From Nitrospirota bacterium (lineage in GTDB: Bacteria > Nitrospirota > JACRHJ01): 64,000 nucleotides of DNA. The DNA is taken from assembly GCA_963733375.1 (NCBI GenBank), contig CAVTDB010000003.1, positions 64,001-128,000 of the forward strand. Reading direction: 5' to 3'. Below, one piece after another: positions 12,321 to 22,305 of the stretch. Made by a program: the position numbers and the translations under genes. Numbering within the stretch: the first letter of the stretch is position 1; each line of letters starts with the position of its first letter. Below the pieces are notes generated by a model that was given only the letters and a program-made list of their open reading frames with translations, was not told the DNA's origin and ran no database searches.

Positions 12321-12404
12321 GATTTTCTCCTTTTTTCTGTTGAACTTCGGTTAACTCGTTTTAAACCAAAAAACTAACCCAATCCTGATGTGTCACCTCC
12401 TTTA

Positions 12405-12924
12405 CTACTTAACCTTTACTTTGAAATTTACATGCCCGGACTCGCCGGGCTGGACATCCTTCTTTACGGTCCACTGAACCTGCGTGTACGCCTCGGCCGG
12501 GGCGGCCTTTTCCACAACCTTGCCGGACTTATCCTTCTGCTTGACCATCACCGGCGGCTTTTGGTACGTCTTGCCGCCGTCAACGCTGAATGCTATCTCG
12601 GTATTGCCGCCTTCAGCGCTCCCAGGCACGTATGCCGTGTTCTCCGGGACAGGGTCGATTATCTTCGCGTCCCTGGCAACGCTTTGACCCTCGTTTTTAT
12701 ACGTTATGGAATACACTACGGTGTCGCCCGCAACGACCTTCCCGGCGGGCACCAACGTTACGACCTCCTTGCCGTTCTTGCTTGTCTTCACCTCCTTTGC
12801 CATAGAAATAGTGAGTTTCAACTTTGGCCCCTGAGCGGCCGCCCAGGCGGATATGCCCGTTAACATGAATACCGCGGCGACTGACCAATATCGCCGCCTT
12901 TACCGTTCTGCCTGAAATACTCAT
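12405..12924 (-). CDS. Small basic single-DUF11 secreted protein (putative chaperone/assembly factor); frameshift within the signal peptide
   Basis: ORF 12405..12866 (AGDTVVYSITYKNEG, IIDPVPENTAYVPGSA, FSVDGGKTY, VNFKVKVK) plus likely start at 12924 (MSISGRT) behind a GGAGGGG RBS. Confidence 0.8.
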
Positions 12925-13071
12925 TTCATCCCCTCCATTGTTATGATTGTCATCACTAAAGCCCGCCTATGCCCGTTTTCTGCTTTCGGGCCTCCCCGGC
13001 ATGCGTCACGCGGTTTGTGCAGTACCGTCTTTTCAGGTTTGACTATAAATATCATTTGTCGCCTCCCTCCG

Positions 13072-16000
13072 TCAGTTAGGGTTGATAGTTACTTGTAAAT
13101 AGACTTTGCCCTCGCCGCCCGGCGCCAGGGTGCCGCTAACGATGAACACCGCGCTACCCCCGGACAGGTTGTCCGAGACCGGCGTTGCGGTGGCGTAGGT
13201 CGAGCTTGCGTTCCCGGCCCTCATGCTCCCGGTAACATACGACGTGTAGGTAGGGATATTGTCGGTTATGATTATTAAAGCGGCGTCGCCCGTGCCGTCG
13301 TTTTTGTAGTCTACCGTGTACGTAAGCGTGTCACCCGGTTTGGGCGTGGGCTTGTCTACCGTTTTTGTCAGCGTTATGTGCGGGTTCGTTACCGTAACCC
13401 CCGCAGTGCCGCCGGTGGATTGGACGGGGTATCCGGTCGGCGTGAACGATGCGTTATTGAGATACGTGCCGGATGCCGCAGCCGCCGTGGACTGGAAATT
13501 AAGCGTCAATGCGCCGGTCGCGGGAAGCGTCCATGAGCCGCTCCAGGTAATCGTTCCGGTCGTACCGGCAGGGTTGGCCGTCGTCATGCCCGTGGTCGTG
13601 CCCGTCCGGTATGAGAACCCGGCGGGGAGCGTGTCCGTGACGCTTGTGACCGGTATGCTCAAAGGTCCTGTGTTCGTCATGGTGATCGTGTAGCTTACCG
13701 TCCCTGCCGCCGTGGTAGTGGACGGGGACGCGCTTTTGGTTATGCCGAGCGCAAAAACGGTCACGGGCGCGGTGTCTCCGGTGGGGTAAGTCGTCTGCCC
13801 GCTAACCGTCCATGTAGCGTTATTGTAATATGTGCCCGTTGTCGGGCCTGCATATGCGTGGAAGACGAGCGTCAGCGAGCCGCCGTTCCTGCCGATAGCC
13901 CAGTTCCCGCTCCACGTAAGCACCTGGCCGGCCACGGCCGGGTTGTTAGTCGTCGTGCCCGTGGTCGAACCGCTTATGTAAGAGAACCCGGCCGGCAGCG
14001 TATCTACAACTCTTGTGACGGTCCTGTTGTTCCCGCTGTTGTTTGTCATCGTGATGGTATAGACCACCTCTCCGCCGGGCAGTACCGCCGAAGGGCTGAC
14101 GGTCTTGTTTATGTCATAGGTGGAGACGATGACCGGCGCCGTATTGGAGATAGTCTGCACCCCGCAGCCCGTCGCCGTGAATGTCGCAGTGGGGTTGTTA
14201 TACGTACCGTTCGTGTTGTTCACGGTGACATCGAAATTGAGCGTTAAGGTGCCGTTGGCGGGCAGAGTCCAGGAGCCGTTCCATGTAAGCGTTCCGGTCG
14301 TCCCGGTCGGGTTGTTCGTCGTCATGCCGTCGGTCGTGCCGCTGACATACGTGAAATTGCCTCCGGTCGAGTTGAGCGTATCCGTCACCCGTGTGACGGG
14401 TATGTCAGACGGGCCTGTGTTTGACAGCGTAATCGTGTAGGTTACCGTCCCGGCGTGGGCGACCTCGCCCGGAGCCACCGTCTCGGATATGCCCAGGTGG
14501 AAGACCGTAACAGGCGCGGTATCCCCGGTTGACTGGACCGGATAGCCGGTCGGGGTGAAAGAAGCGTTGTTGTTATACGTGCCATCCGTACCGCTCGCCG
14601 TGGCGGAGAAGTTAAGCGTCAGCGTGCCGCCGTTCGCGGGCAGCGTCCATGAACCGTTCCATGTAAGCGCCTGGCCGGCCACGGCCGGGTTGGCGGTCGT
14701 CATGCCGGTGGTCGTGCCCGCATTGTAGGAGAACCCCGCCGGGAGCGTATCCGTTACGCTTGTGACCGGTATCGACGCGCTGCTCGGGTTTGTCATCGTG
14801 ATGGTATAGGATGCGGTCCCGCCGGCAATGACCGAGGCTGAGGCCGCGGTCTTGGCTATGTTTAAATGAAAAACCGTAACGGGGGCGGTCGGGCCCGTGG
14901 TAGTGTCCGGATATCCGGTGGCGGAAAACGACGCGTTGTTGTTATACGTGCCGTCGGTAGAGCTCGCCGCGGACTGGAAGTTGAGCGTGAGGGTTCCGTT
15001 CGCGGGCAGCGTCCAGCTTCCGTTCCACGTGAGCGTCTGCCCGGCCACGGCCGGGTTGGCCGTCGTCATGCCGGTCGTCGTGCCCGTCTTGTATGAAAAG
15101 CCCGCCGGGAGGGTATCTACCACGCTTGTAACTGTCGTGGCGGAGCCGCTGTAGCTGGTCAGGGTCATCGTATAGCCTACGGTACCGCCCGCTATGACCG
15201 CTGACTGGCTCGCGGTCTTTGCCATTTTTAGGGTAAATACGCTGACAGGCGCGGTCGGTCCTGTGGAGGTGCTGGGGTATCCGGTGGCTGCGTAAGATGC
15301 GGTGTTGGTGAAAGTCCCCACGGACGAGCCCGCGGCGGACTGGAAGTTGAGCGTGAGGGTGCCGTTCGCGGGCAGCGTCCAGCTTCCGTTCCACGTGAGC
15401 GTCTGTCCGGCCACGGCCGGGTTGGCCGTCGTCATGCCGGTAGTCGTGCCCGTCTTGTAGGAAAAGCCCGCCGGGAGGGTATCTACCACGCTTGTGACAG
15501 TTGTGGCGGAACTGCTGACGCTGGTCATTGTAACCGTGTATGTTACCGTCCCGCCGGTCTGGACAGTGGACGGGGTTACCGTCTTAGCCGCCGAGAGGTT
15601 AAGTATCGCGTCGGTATCCGTGGCGGTGTTGTTTGTCAGGACCGGGTCCGTAGTGTTGTACGGGGGATTGACCGTGACGGAATTCACGATTGTCGGGCTG
15701 CCTCCCTGTACGGTCCCTTGCAGCGTCAGCACCGCACTCTGCCCGGAGGCGAGGTTGATCCCGCTCCAGTACTGCGTCGTGCCGTTGTATATGCCCCTGT
15801 CCGGGCTGAAGACCGGGCTCTGGAGGTTTGCCGGGATTGTGTCCCTTACCCAGCAGCTCGATATGCTGCTCGGCCCGTTGTTGGTGACTGTTATGATATA
15901 GGTGGCCGCGCTTCCGGGCAGAGCCGTCGTCTGGTTGTCGGTCATTGCGATTGACAGGTCCGCCTGGGGGGTGAGGGCGTCGCTGTCAGTGGCCGCGTTG

Positions 16001-18297
16001 TTCGCTGAATTGGTGTCCGTAATTCCCGGCGGCGGCGTTACGGTCGCGGTAACAGAGAGCGTCCCCGTGGCCGCCGGGTCTATGGTACCCGCAATGGTAA
16101 GGGTAACGTGCTGCCCTGACGCGAGGCTCAGGCCGGTCCACGCGCCGGTGCCCGAGTTGTACGCCCCGGTCGAAGCCGTATATAAAGGGGACTGTACCGA
16201 AGTTGGCAGGGGAACACTCAGCGTAAGGCTCGTAACGGCGCCCGGCCCGTTGTTGGTGACCGTGACGGTATAGCTGTCGGCGTTGCCTGGTATGATGCTC
16301 GTCACGCCGTCCGTTATTGCTACGCCGAGGTCCGCGTTGACGGGAGATGTGCTTCCGATTGCCTGCACGGAAGGGTCCGTCCCGGCGGTGCCGTTGGGAT
16401 AGATGGTGGCCGTGTTGGTTATCGGCAGGGAGGCGGTCGGGCACGTCGATTTGAAAACGACCGTGACCGTATCGCCGGCATTGACCACGCCCGATGCCCT
16501 GCCCGGGCCGTTTATCAGCCGGCCCGGGGTCGAAAAAGGCATGTTCCCGCCCACGTCGGCGACGGCGCCGCCGTTCATTTTCGTGGACCCGGCTACATAT
16601 GCCGTGCCGGCGGGTATGCCGTCAAGAAGCCACGACCCGGCAGTGTTCGTCAGGCCGGTATTTGAAGCCGTTATGGTCCATGTGATAGTCGCCGTGCCGC
16701 CGACGGTGCTCACGCTCGCGGTCTTGGCGGTATCGAGCCTGTCTACCAGCGTCGCGGTCGTGTAGTTGGAGGTCGTGGTAGCCTGGAGAGGAGCTGACAG
16801 AGCAGTTGGTTAAAAAATTGTACGTCCAGCTCGAATTGGTGACATAAGACGCAGCCGCGGGCGAGGGCGGCACCGCATTAACCGCTGCCTGGTACTGGAC
16901 CCACAACTGGGCGCCCACGGCGATGCCGCCGATATTGAAGCCGGCGGATGGGTTTGCGCCGGACAATGTGGTATAGGTGACGCCGTCCGTGCTGGTTTTC
17001 GCGGTCCCAGGGATGAACGATGTATACGGCGGCGGGACTGATGTATATATCACGTTTTGCGCGCTTGTCGAGCCGGCGGTGTTGTCGAGCCTTGTAGTGT
17101 ATGTCAGGGTATCGCCCACATGGGTCGTTGTCTTGTCGACGGTCATGACGGTTGTGGGGAAAGTTGGCGCGCCGACGTCCACCTGTATTCCGATGGAGCT
17201 TATGGTGTACGCGTCCTGGTTTGAAGTACCCTGGGCGCTGGCCTCGGTCTGACCGTGCTGGAGTATGCCGGAGACGTCAACGTTTGTTATGTCCCAGCCA
17301 TGACGCGTCCCATTTGTGGCCGCGCCGCTGCCAGTGGTGGTGGTAGGTGTGTCGTTCAGGCTGCCGAACGTCCCGGACGTATCGACGGTGCCGTTGTCCT
17401 TGTTTATCTGGCTTGCGAAGAAGTTGCTCGCAAGGTTGTTCGGTCCGGATACCGGCTGCATGGCGCCGACCGGCCCGAAAAGCATCTGGTCGCCAGCGAT
17501 GAACGAGTCGCCCTCCATGGCGCTTACCATCAGGCGGGCGTTTATAGTGCCGGCGCTGTTCACGCAGAAGCCGCTCACCGCGTATCGCGGAGGAGTACCC
17601 GCTCGCCGCGTGAACTCGCAGCCGACGAATACAGACATGCTCCTTATCGGCAGGGTGGTGTTCCTGTAGACCACCGCGAGCGTCCAGCCCGCGCAGTTGC
17701 TGTTGTTTTCATTCGGGTCGCTCGTCGCTGGGACGCCGCCCACGGTGTATGTCCCGGCGCCGGCTGACTGCACGTAGGCGGTCACGTCCGCCGAAGCCGA
17801 CATAGTAGTATTGGCCTCCGGTATCCCCGGTACGTCTTTTGCCGTCGCGGCATCAGGCGCGACTGAATAAGTGCCGGAGGGTGTCGCCATCGTTACGCTG
17901 CTGTCCAGCGACGACGACACGTTCTGGTTTGCGGTCTGCATAACAGCCGCCCCAGATAAGCTCGGCGTAAAGGATGGTGCTCCCCGCCGGTATGTTGAGC
18001 TGCGCTGCTGACGAGTTCTGGGACCACGTGAGTGTCGTCCCGGCCGGATAATGTGCCGACCTGTGAAGAAGGGTTGGTGGTTATGAATGCGCCTATGGCG
18101 CCCGCCGCTCCAGGGTTGTTCTGGTTCGCTATCTTGTCGAGACCGAGCGTGTTGCCGGTAAAGGTCATTGCGCCCGTGTCGACCGCCGTGAAACGCGTGA
18201 TATATGAGGCATGCGCCGGGACCGCGAGACAAAGGACCGCCATCGCCGCAAAGCATATCGCCGTAATGGCCGTGACTAAAACTTTTGACTTTCGCAT
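13072..18297 (-). CDS. Giant Thr/Gly-rich DUF11-repeat adhesin (about 1740 aa, about 11 DUF11-like domains; frameshifted)
   Basis: ORFs 17893..18297 (signal peptide ending AHA, then YITRFT..GAMTFTGNTLGL), 16622..18256 and 13072..16713 with repeated xKT..GGTVxYTITMTN..VxDTLPAGFSY..W..TLNF..NxA; last domain truncated at VYLQVTINPN. Confidence 0.85.
14500..15610 (-). repeat. Near-identical tandem DUF11-coding repeats inside the adhesin (period about 366 bp)
   Basis: gactggaagttgagcgtgagggt occurs at 14972 and 15338; protein repeat DTLPAGFSYxxGTTTGMTTANPAVAGQxLTWNGSWTLPANG. Confidence 0.85.
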
Positions 18298-18308
18298 ACT
18301 TTTAATCT

Positions 18309-18530
18309 CTATACGCAGGAGTTAAACCGCTTGATCCGGTCGTCCAGCCAGAACTCTTCCGCCTGTGCCAGACGTGCAAAGTCCAGCGACCCTACGATAT
18401 GGCGTTCCGCATCGGTTAAGTCATACCCCTCTTCGATGCAGACCGCGTCCAATTCACGTGAAGCCCTTTCACGAAAACTAGCATCGGTAACAAGGCGCCC
18501 GATGAACTGCTCTACTGCTTTTTGAGACAT
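18309..18530 (-). CDS. Small NHLP-clan (Os1348/Franean1_4349-like) protein, 73 aa
   Basis: MSQKAVEQFIGRLVTDASFR...GYDLTDAE matches my recollection of the family pattern (IGRxxTDxxFR..GYxLTxxE); GAGG RBS; first gene after the sigma54 promoter. Confidence 0.7.
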   Translation of the reverse strand: MSQKAVEQFIGRLVTDASFRERASRELDAVCIEEGYDLTDAERHIVGSLDFARLAQAEEFWLDDRIKRFNSCV

Positions 18531-18604
18531 GGCGATTTTCCTCGGTTAAATTAAACAGCTAATGATTATTAGATTAGAAACGTTATTCCTAGTACATTAA
18601 TATT

Positions 18605-18620
18605 AGCAAGAGTCGTGCCA
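18605..18620 (-). promoter_or_regulatory. Sigma54 (RpoN) -24/-12 promoter driving the DUF11 operon
   Basis: Minus strand reads TGGCAC-GACTC-TTGCT, an exact match to TGGCAC-N5-TTGCW, 75 bp upstream of the ATG at 18530. Confidence 0.9.
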
Positions 18621-18637
18621 AAAAAAAATACCTTGAA

Positions 18638-18650
18638 ATTCAAATAGTTA
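18638..18650. promoter_or_regulatory. Candidate IHF site between enhancer and sigma54 promoter
   Basis: ATTCAAATAGTTA, one mismatch to WATCAANNNNTTR, in an AT-rich context. Confidence 0.45.
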
Positions 18651-18673
18651 TTATAAAAGCAGATGACGTGGCC

Positions 18674-18827
18674 TGGCCCATTCAGGGCCAATGATTTCTC
18701 GATGTACGCCTTGACGATGCCCGATTAGGTGCGAGAGGAGCGGAATTAAAGGAAATTTCTCTGAAAAATTAGATAGTTGACTATGGGGGGAACTAACGGC
18801 GGAAAGGTTTTGGCCCAAATTGGGCCA
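18674..18827. promoter_or_regulatory. Two copies of a 17-bp palindrome TGGCCCA-N3-WGGGCCA (candidate bEBP upstream activating sites)
   Basis: tggcccattcagggcca at 18674..18690 and tggcccaaattgggcca at 18811..18827, both upstream of the sigma54 promoter. Confidence 0.55.
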
Positions 18828-18847
18828 TAATCCCAAATCTTCAGGTC

Positions 18848-20236
18848 CTAATTATCTTTTTCCATTGACGTTTTTTTCCGGTTGAACATCTTCCGGTTAA
18901 TCTTCAGACGCTGTGCGGCAAGCGACTTGTTGCCGTCGCAGCTTTTCAGCGTCTCCTCCAAAACCCGGTTTACCACGGCTTCGAGAGAAAGCTCGCCTTC
19001 ATTAAATTTGAGATGGAAGTCCACGCCGCCATCCGATGCGGCCTTGTTGTCTTTATAAATTACGAGGTGCTCCGGGCGGACCAGTTCTCCGTTTACAAGG
19101 ATAGCGGCCCGCTCCAGACAGTTTCGCAGTTCCCGTATATTTCCGGGCCAATCATATGCCATGATCACTTCCATGGCCTTGCGGGATATTCCGGGAAGGT
19201 CCTTTCCCTGGTGTTGGCGGAATTGGGGCAAAAATTGCTCCACGAATAACAGGATGTCTTCCTTCCGTTCTCTGAGAGGCGGGATAACGATGGGGAAGAC
19301 ATTCAACCGGTGGAACAGGTCTTCCCTGAATTTTCCCTGCCGGACAAGGGCTTCAAGGTCCCGGTGGGTTGCCGCGATTACGCGGAAGCCAACCGGCAGC
19401 AGCCGGTCGGAGCCGATTTTATAATAGACGCGCTCCTCAAGGACCCTGAGGAGCTTGACCTGGAGGGGAAGCGGCATGTCGCCTATCTCGTCTAACAGCA
19501 TGGTGCCGCCATCGGCCAGCGCGAACTTGCCGTCCCTGTCCCTGTCGGCCCCGGTGAAGGCTCCCCTGACATGGCCGAAAAGCTCGCTTTCCAGGAGGGT
19601 TTCGGGGACCGCCGCGCAATTGACCGCCACGAAATTGGACGGCATGCCGCCGCTCGCAAAATGGATGTCCCGCGCCAGGACCTCCTTTCCAACTCCGCTT
19701 TCGCCGTAGATGGCAACGGTGGTACGCGGCGAGGCCGCCACCATTTCAGCGGCTTTCAACGCCTCGCTCATAGCCGGGGAATGGGTCATTATAGACTGGA
19801 AAAGGTGGCGGCTTACCACATATTCCTTGAACTTCTTATTCGAGCTGTTCTCTATCGTCAGACGGCCAAATTCCAGCGCCCGTTTTATTACCACGTCCAG
19901 TTCGTCGCGGGAAGCAATCCTTTTTCAGGTAATCGAATGCGCCGCTCTTCATGGCTTTGACGGCTGTCTCCACGTCGCCCTGGGCGGTAAAGATAATAAA
20001 CGGCGTATCGGATCCTTTTTCGCCCGTAAAACGCGAGCAGCTCCAGTCCGTCCATCCCCGGCATAACGAGGTCGGAGATAATAAGCTGGTAAGGCTATCC
20101 TTCTCCAAGGAGTGCAATTGCTTTTTCCGCGGAGCGCGCCAGGGTAATCTCGTACCCAAGGTCACTCAACTGGCTCTTCAATAATCTGGCGCTGGCTGGC
20201 GTTGTCTTCCACGATGAGGATGCGGGCGGCGGTCAT
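18848..20236 (-). CDS. Sigma54-dependent response regulator (NtrC family REC-AAA+-HTH); frameshifted REC domain
   Basis: Start MTAARILIVEDN at 20236; GESGVGKE Walker A, ESELFGHVRGAFTGA, LLDEIGDM, WPGNIRELRN, C-terminal Fis-type HTH GNKSLAAQRLKI. Confidence 0.92.
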
Positions 20237-20406
20237 GATAACGTACTCGCTTTGGGTTCAGCCTTTTCGCCTGAACAAGACGCAAAGGCAATTACTAATT
20301 CTACGCTAATAGGCACCGTTGGCATTCTAACCTATTGCGGAATAATTTTCAATCACGATGATGTCATCGAGACCTCGCAACTGCCGCTGAACGCTTTTAT
20401 GTCGAT

Positions 20407-20434
20407 TTGACATAAATTATCTGCGGCGTACACT
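20407..20434 (+). promoter_or_regulatory. Candidate sigma70 promoter for the aldo/keto reductase
   Basis: TTGACA-N16-TACACT. Confidence 0.45.
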
Positions 20435-20541
20435 TTTAAATAATATTCCGGGGCGCCACGGACAGGCGGGGATTCATGAAATTTTCCGCGATGGCGGCAA
20501 GCGCCGAAAGCCGCTTATAACCTTAGCCGGAGAAGACCACG

Positions 20542-21493
20542 ATGGCAGAACCTGAAAATTTCATCAAGGACGGGGAGATGATATATCGCACGCTTGGGCG
20601 TACCGGGGAGAGGATATCGGCCATAGGCCTGGGCGGCTACCATATCGGTGGCGTAAAAAGCGACGGCGAGAGCATAAGGATTATCCGCTCCGCTATCGAC
20701 AGGGGCATCACCTTCATGGACAATTCCTGGGACTACCATGACGGCACGAGTGAAAAGAGGATGGGAGAGGCCCTCAAGGACGGATACCGGCAGAAGGTAT
20801 TCCTGATGACAAAGTTCGATGGACGTACAAAAAATGAGGCGATGAAGCAGATAGACGAGTCGCTTAAAAGGCTGAAGACAGACCACCTGGACCTCCTGCA
20901 GATCCATGAGGTTATCAGGCTCGAAGACCCCGACAGGGTTTTCGCCGAGGGCGGAGCGATAGAGGCGCTGACTGAGGCAAAGAAATCGGGAAAGACAAGG
21001 TTTGTGGGTTTTACAGGGCATAAAGACCCGATGGTGCACATGCGTATGCTGGAGCAGGCCGCGGAGCATAATTTCCATTTCGATACGGTCCAGATGCCCC
21101 TGAACGTGATGGACGCCCATTTCCGCAGTTTTGAAAAAATAGTCCTGCCCGTTCTGGCGCAAAAGGGCATCGGCGTGCTGGGGATGAAGTCAATGGGCTC
21201 TTCCGTTATTCTGGAAAGCAAGTCGGTCAAGCCAATCGAATGTCTGCACTACGCCATGAACCTTCCGACATCAACCGTCATCACCGGTATTGACAGCATG
21301 GAAATTCTTAAACAGGCGTTTGAGGCTGCAAGGACTTTTAAGCCGATGACGAGAGTCGGAAGTGGCGAAATTACTGGCACGGACGGCGGAAGCCGCGAGA
21401 GGGGGTAAATACGAGCCTTTCAAGACTTCCGACGAGTTCGACAGCACGGCCCATAATCCCAGGTGGCTGGGACCTATACCGAAGGCGCCTTAA
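20542..21493 (+). CDS. Aldo/keto reductase; frameshift near 21350
   Basis: YRTLGRTGERISAIGLGG, GITFMDNSWDY, DHLDLLQIHE, GFTGHKDP; C-terminus GKYEPFKTS..NPRWLG continues in another frame to TAA at 21493. Confidence 0.88.
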
Positions 21494-22237
21494 CTATGCC
21501 GTTACAGTGGCTTTAGCCTCTTTGTCGAAAGGGTTTGTCCTGAACTCAAGCGAAAAAAGAAATGGATACTGTTCATTTAAGTGCTTGATATAGGCCACCC
21601 ACTCGACAAGCAACAGGCTGTAAGCCCGCTCGATGTCTCCCGCCAGGTGTTTGCCGTCCGTAACCGGGATATCGTCAAGGTTGCCCCTTCGCGCCAGCTC
21701 TTCCATCAGATGAAAAATCGCCCAGAGCAGGTCGGTAAAGGTTTCATGTTCCAGGAGGTTCGGGTTTTCAAGGAGCCCAAGGAGGAACTGCCTTTTCTCT
21801 AGCAGGATATTTCTCAGCTCGCCAAGGTCCCCAAGCTTATAATCTATATCGAGCGCATGGGCGGAAATCTTTCTTGAAAGCGAGTCGAAATCCTCCGGCT
21901 TCCATTCGGACGATAAACTATAAACCTTTGAGAGCCCTTCCCTGTCCGGGTCGAACTCCTGGAATTTTTTCAGCATGTCTCTGCCTATCTCGCTGAAGAA
22001 GACCCCGATTACCATATTCATCTTATTAAGCCGCAGTTCCCGCTCTTTCCTGTCCAATAGCTTATGGATTATCAGTGTGACTACCAGGACCTCGACCGGC
22101 AGGAAGGCCAGCTCACCGACCAGATAAATAAAAATATGACGGAGGTCGTGAAATAAGAGGTAATGCAGGAAGTATAATGCGGCGGCAAGGAGCAGCAGGA
22201 TAATGCCGAATTTAATCTGCCAGCGGTCTTTTCTCAT
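21494..22237 (-). CDS. Conserved hypothetical membrane protein (two N-terminal TM helices)
   Basis: Intact 247-aa ORF; hydrophobic N-terminus; motifs LAFLPVEVLVVTLII, LLENPNLLEHETFTDLLWAIFHL. Confidence 0.7.
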   Translation of the reverse strand: MRKDRWQIKFGIILLLLAAALYFLHYLLFHDLRHIFIYLVGELAFLPVEVLVVTLIIHKLLDRKERELRLNKMNMVIGVFFSEIGRDMLKKFQEFDPDREGLSKVYSLSSEWKPEDFDSLSRKISAHALDIDYKLGDLGELRNILLEKRQFLLGLLENPNLLEHETFTDLLWAIFHLMEELARRGNLDDIPVTDGKHLAGDIERAYSLLLVEWVAYIKHLNEQYPFLFSLEFRTNPFDKEAKATVTA

Positions 22238-22305
22238 GCGTGGATAATAGCGGGAAAAGAGGCCTTATGCAACTTTTTTTGGGAAAAATCAGGACGGCAA
22301 TCGTG

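Noticed and set aside
4442-18297. Classical chaperone-usher, type IV, type V or sortase pilus
   Set aside because: No PapD/PapC motifs, prepilin cleavage sites, lipoprotein-type pilin signals, LPxTG motifs or sortase are visible.
18309-18530. RiPP biosynthetic cluster built on the NHLP-like peptide with the window's radical SAM enzymes
   Set aside because: Both radical SAM genes are more than 30 kb away and lack SPASM/RRE features; the peptide has no evident core region.
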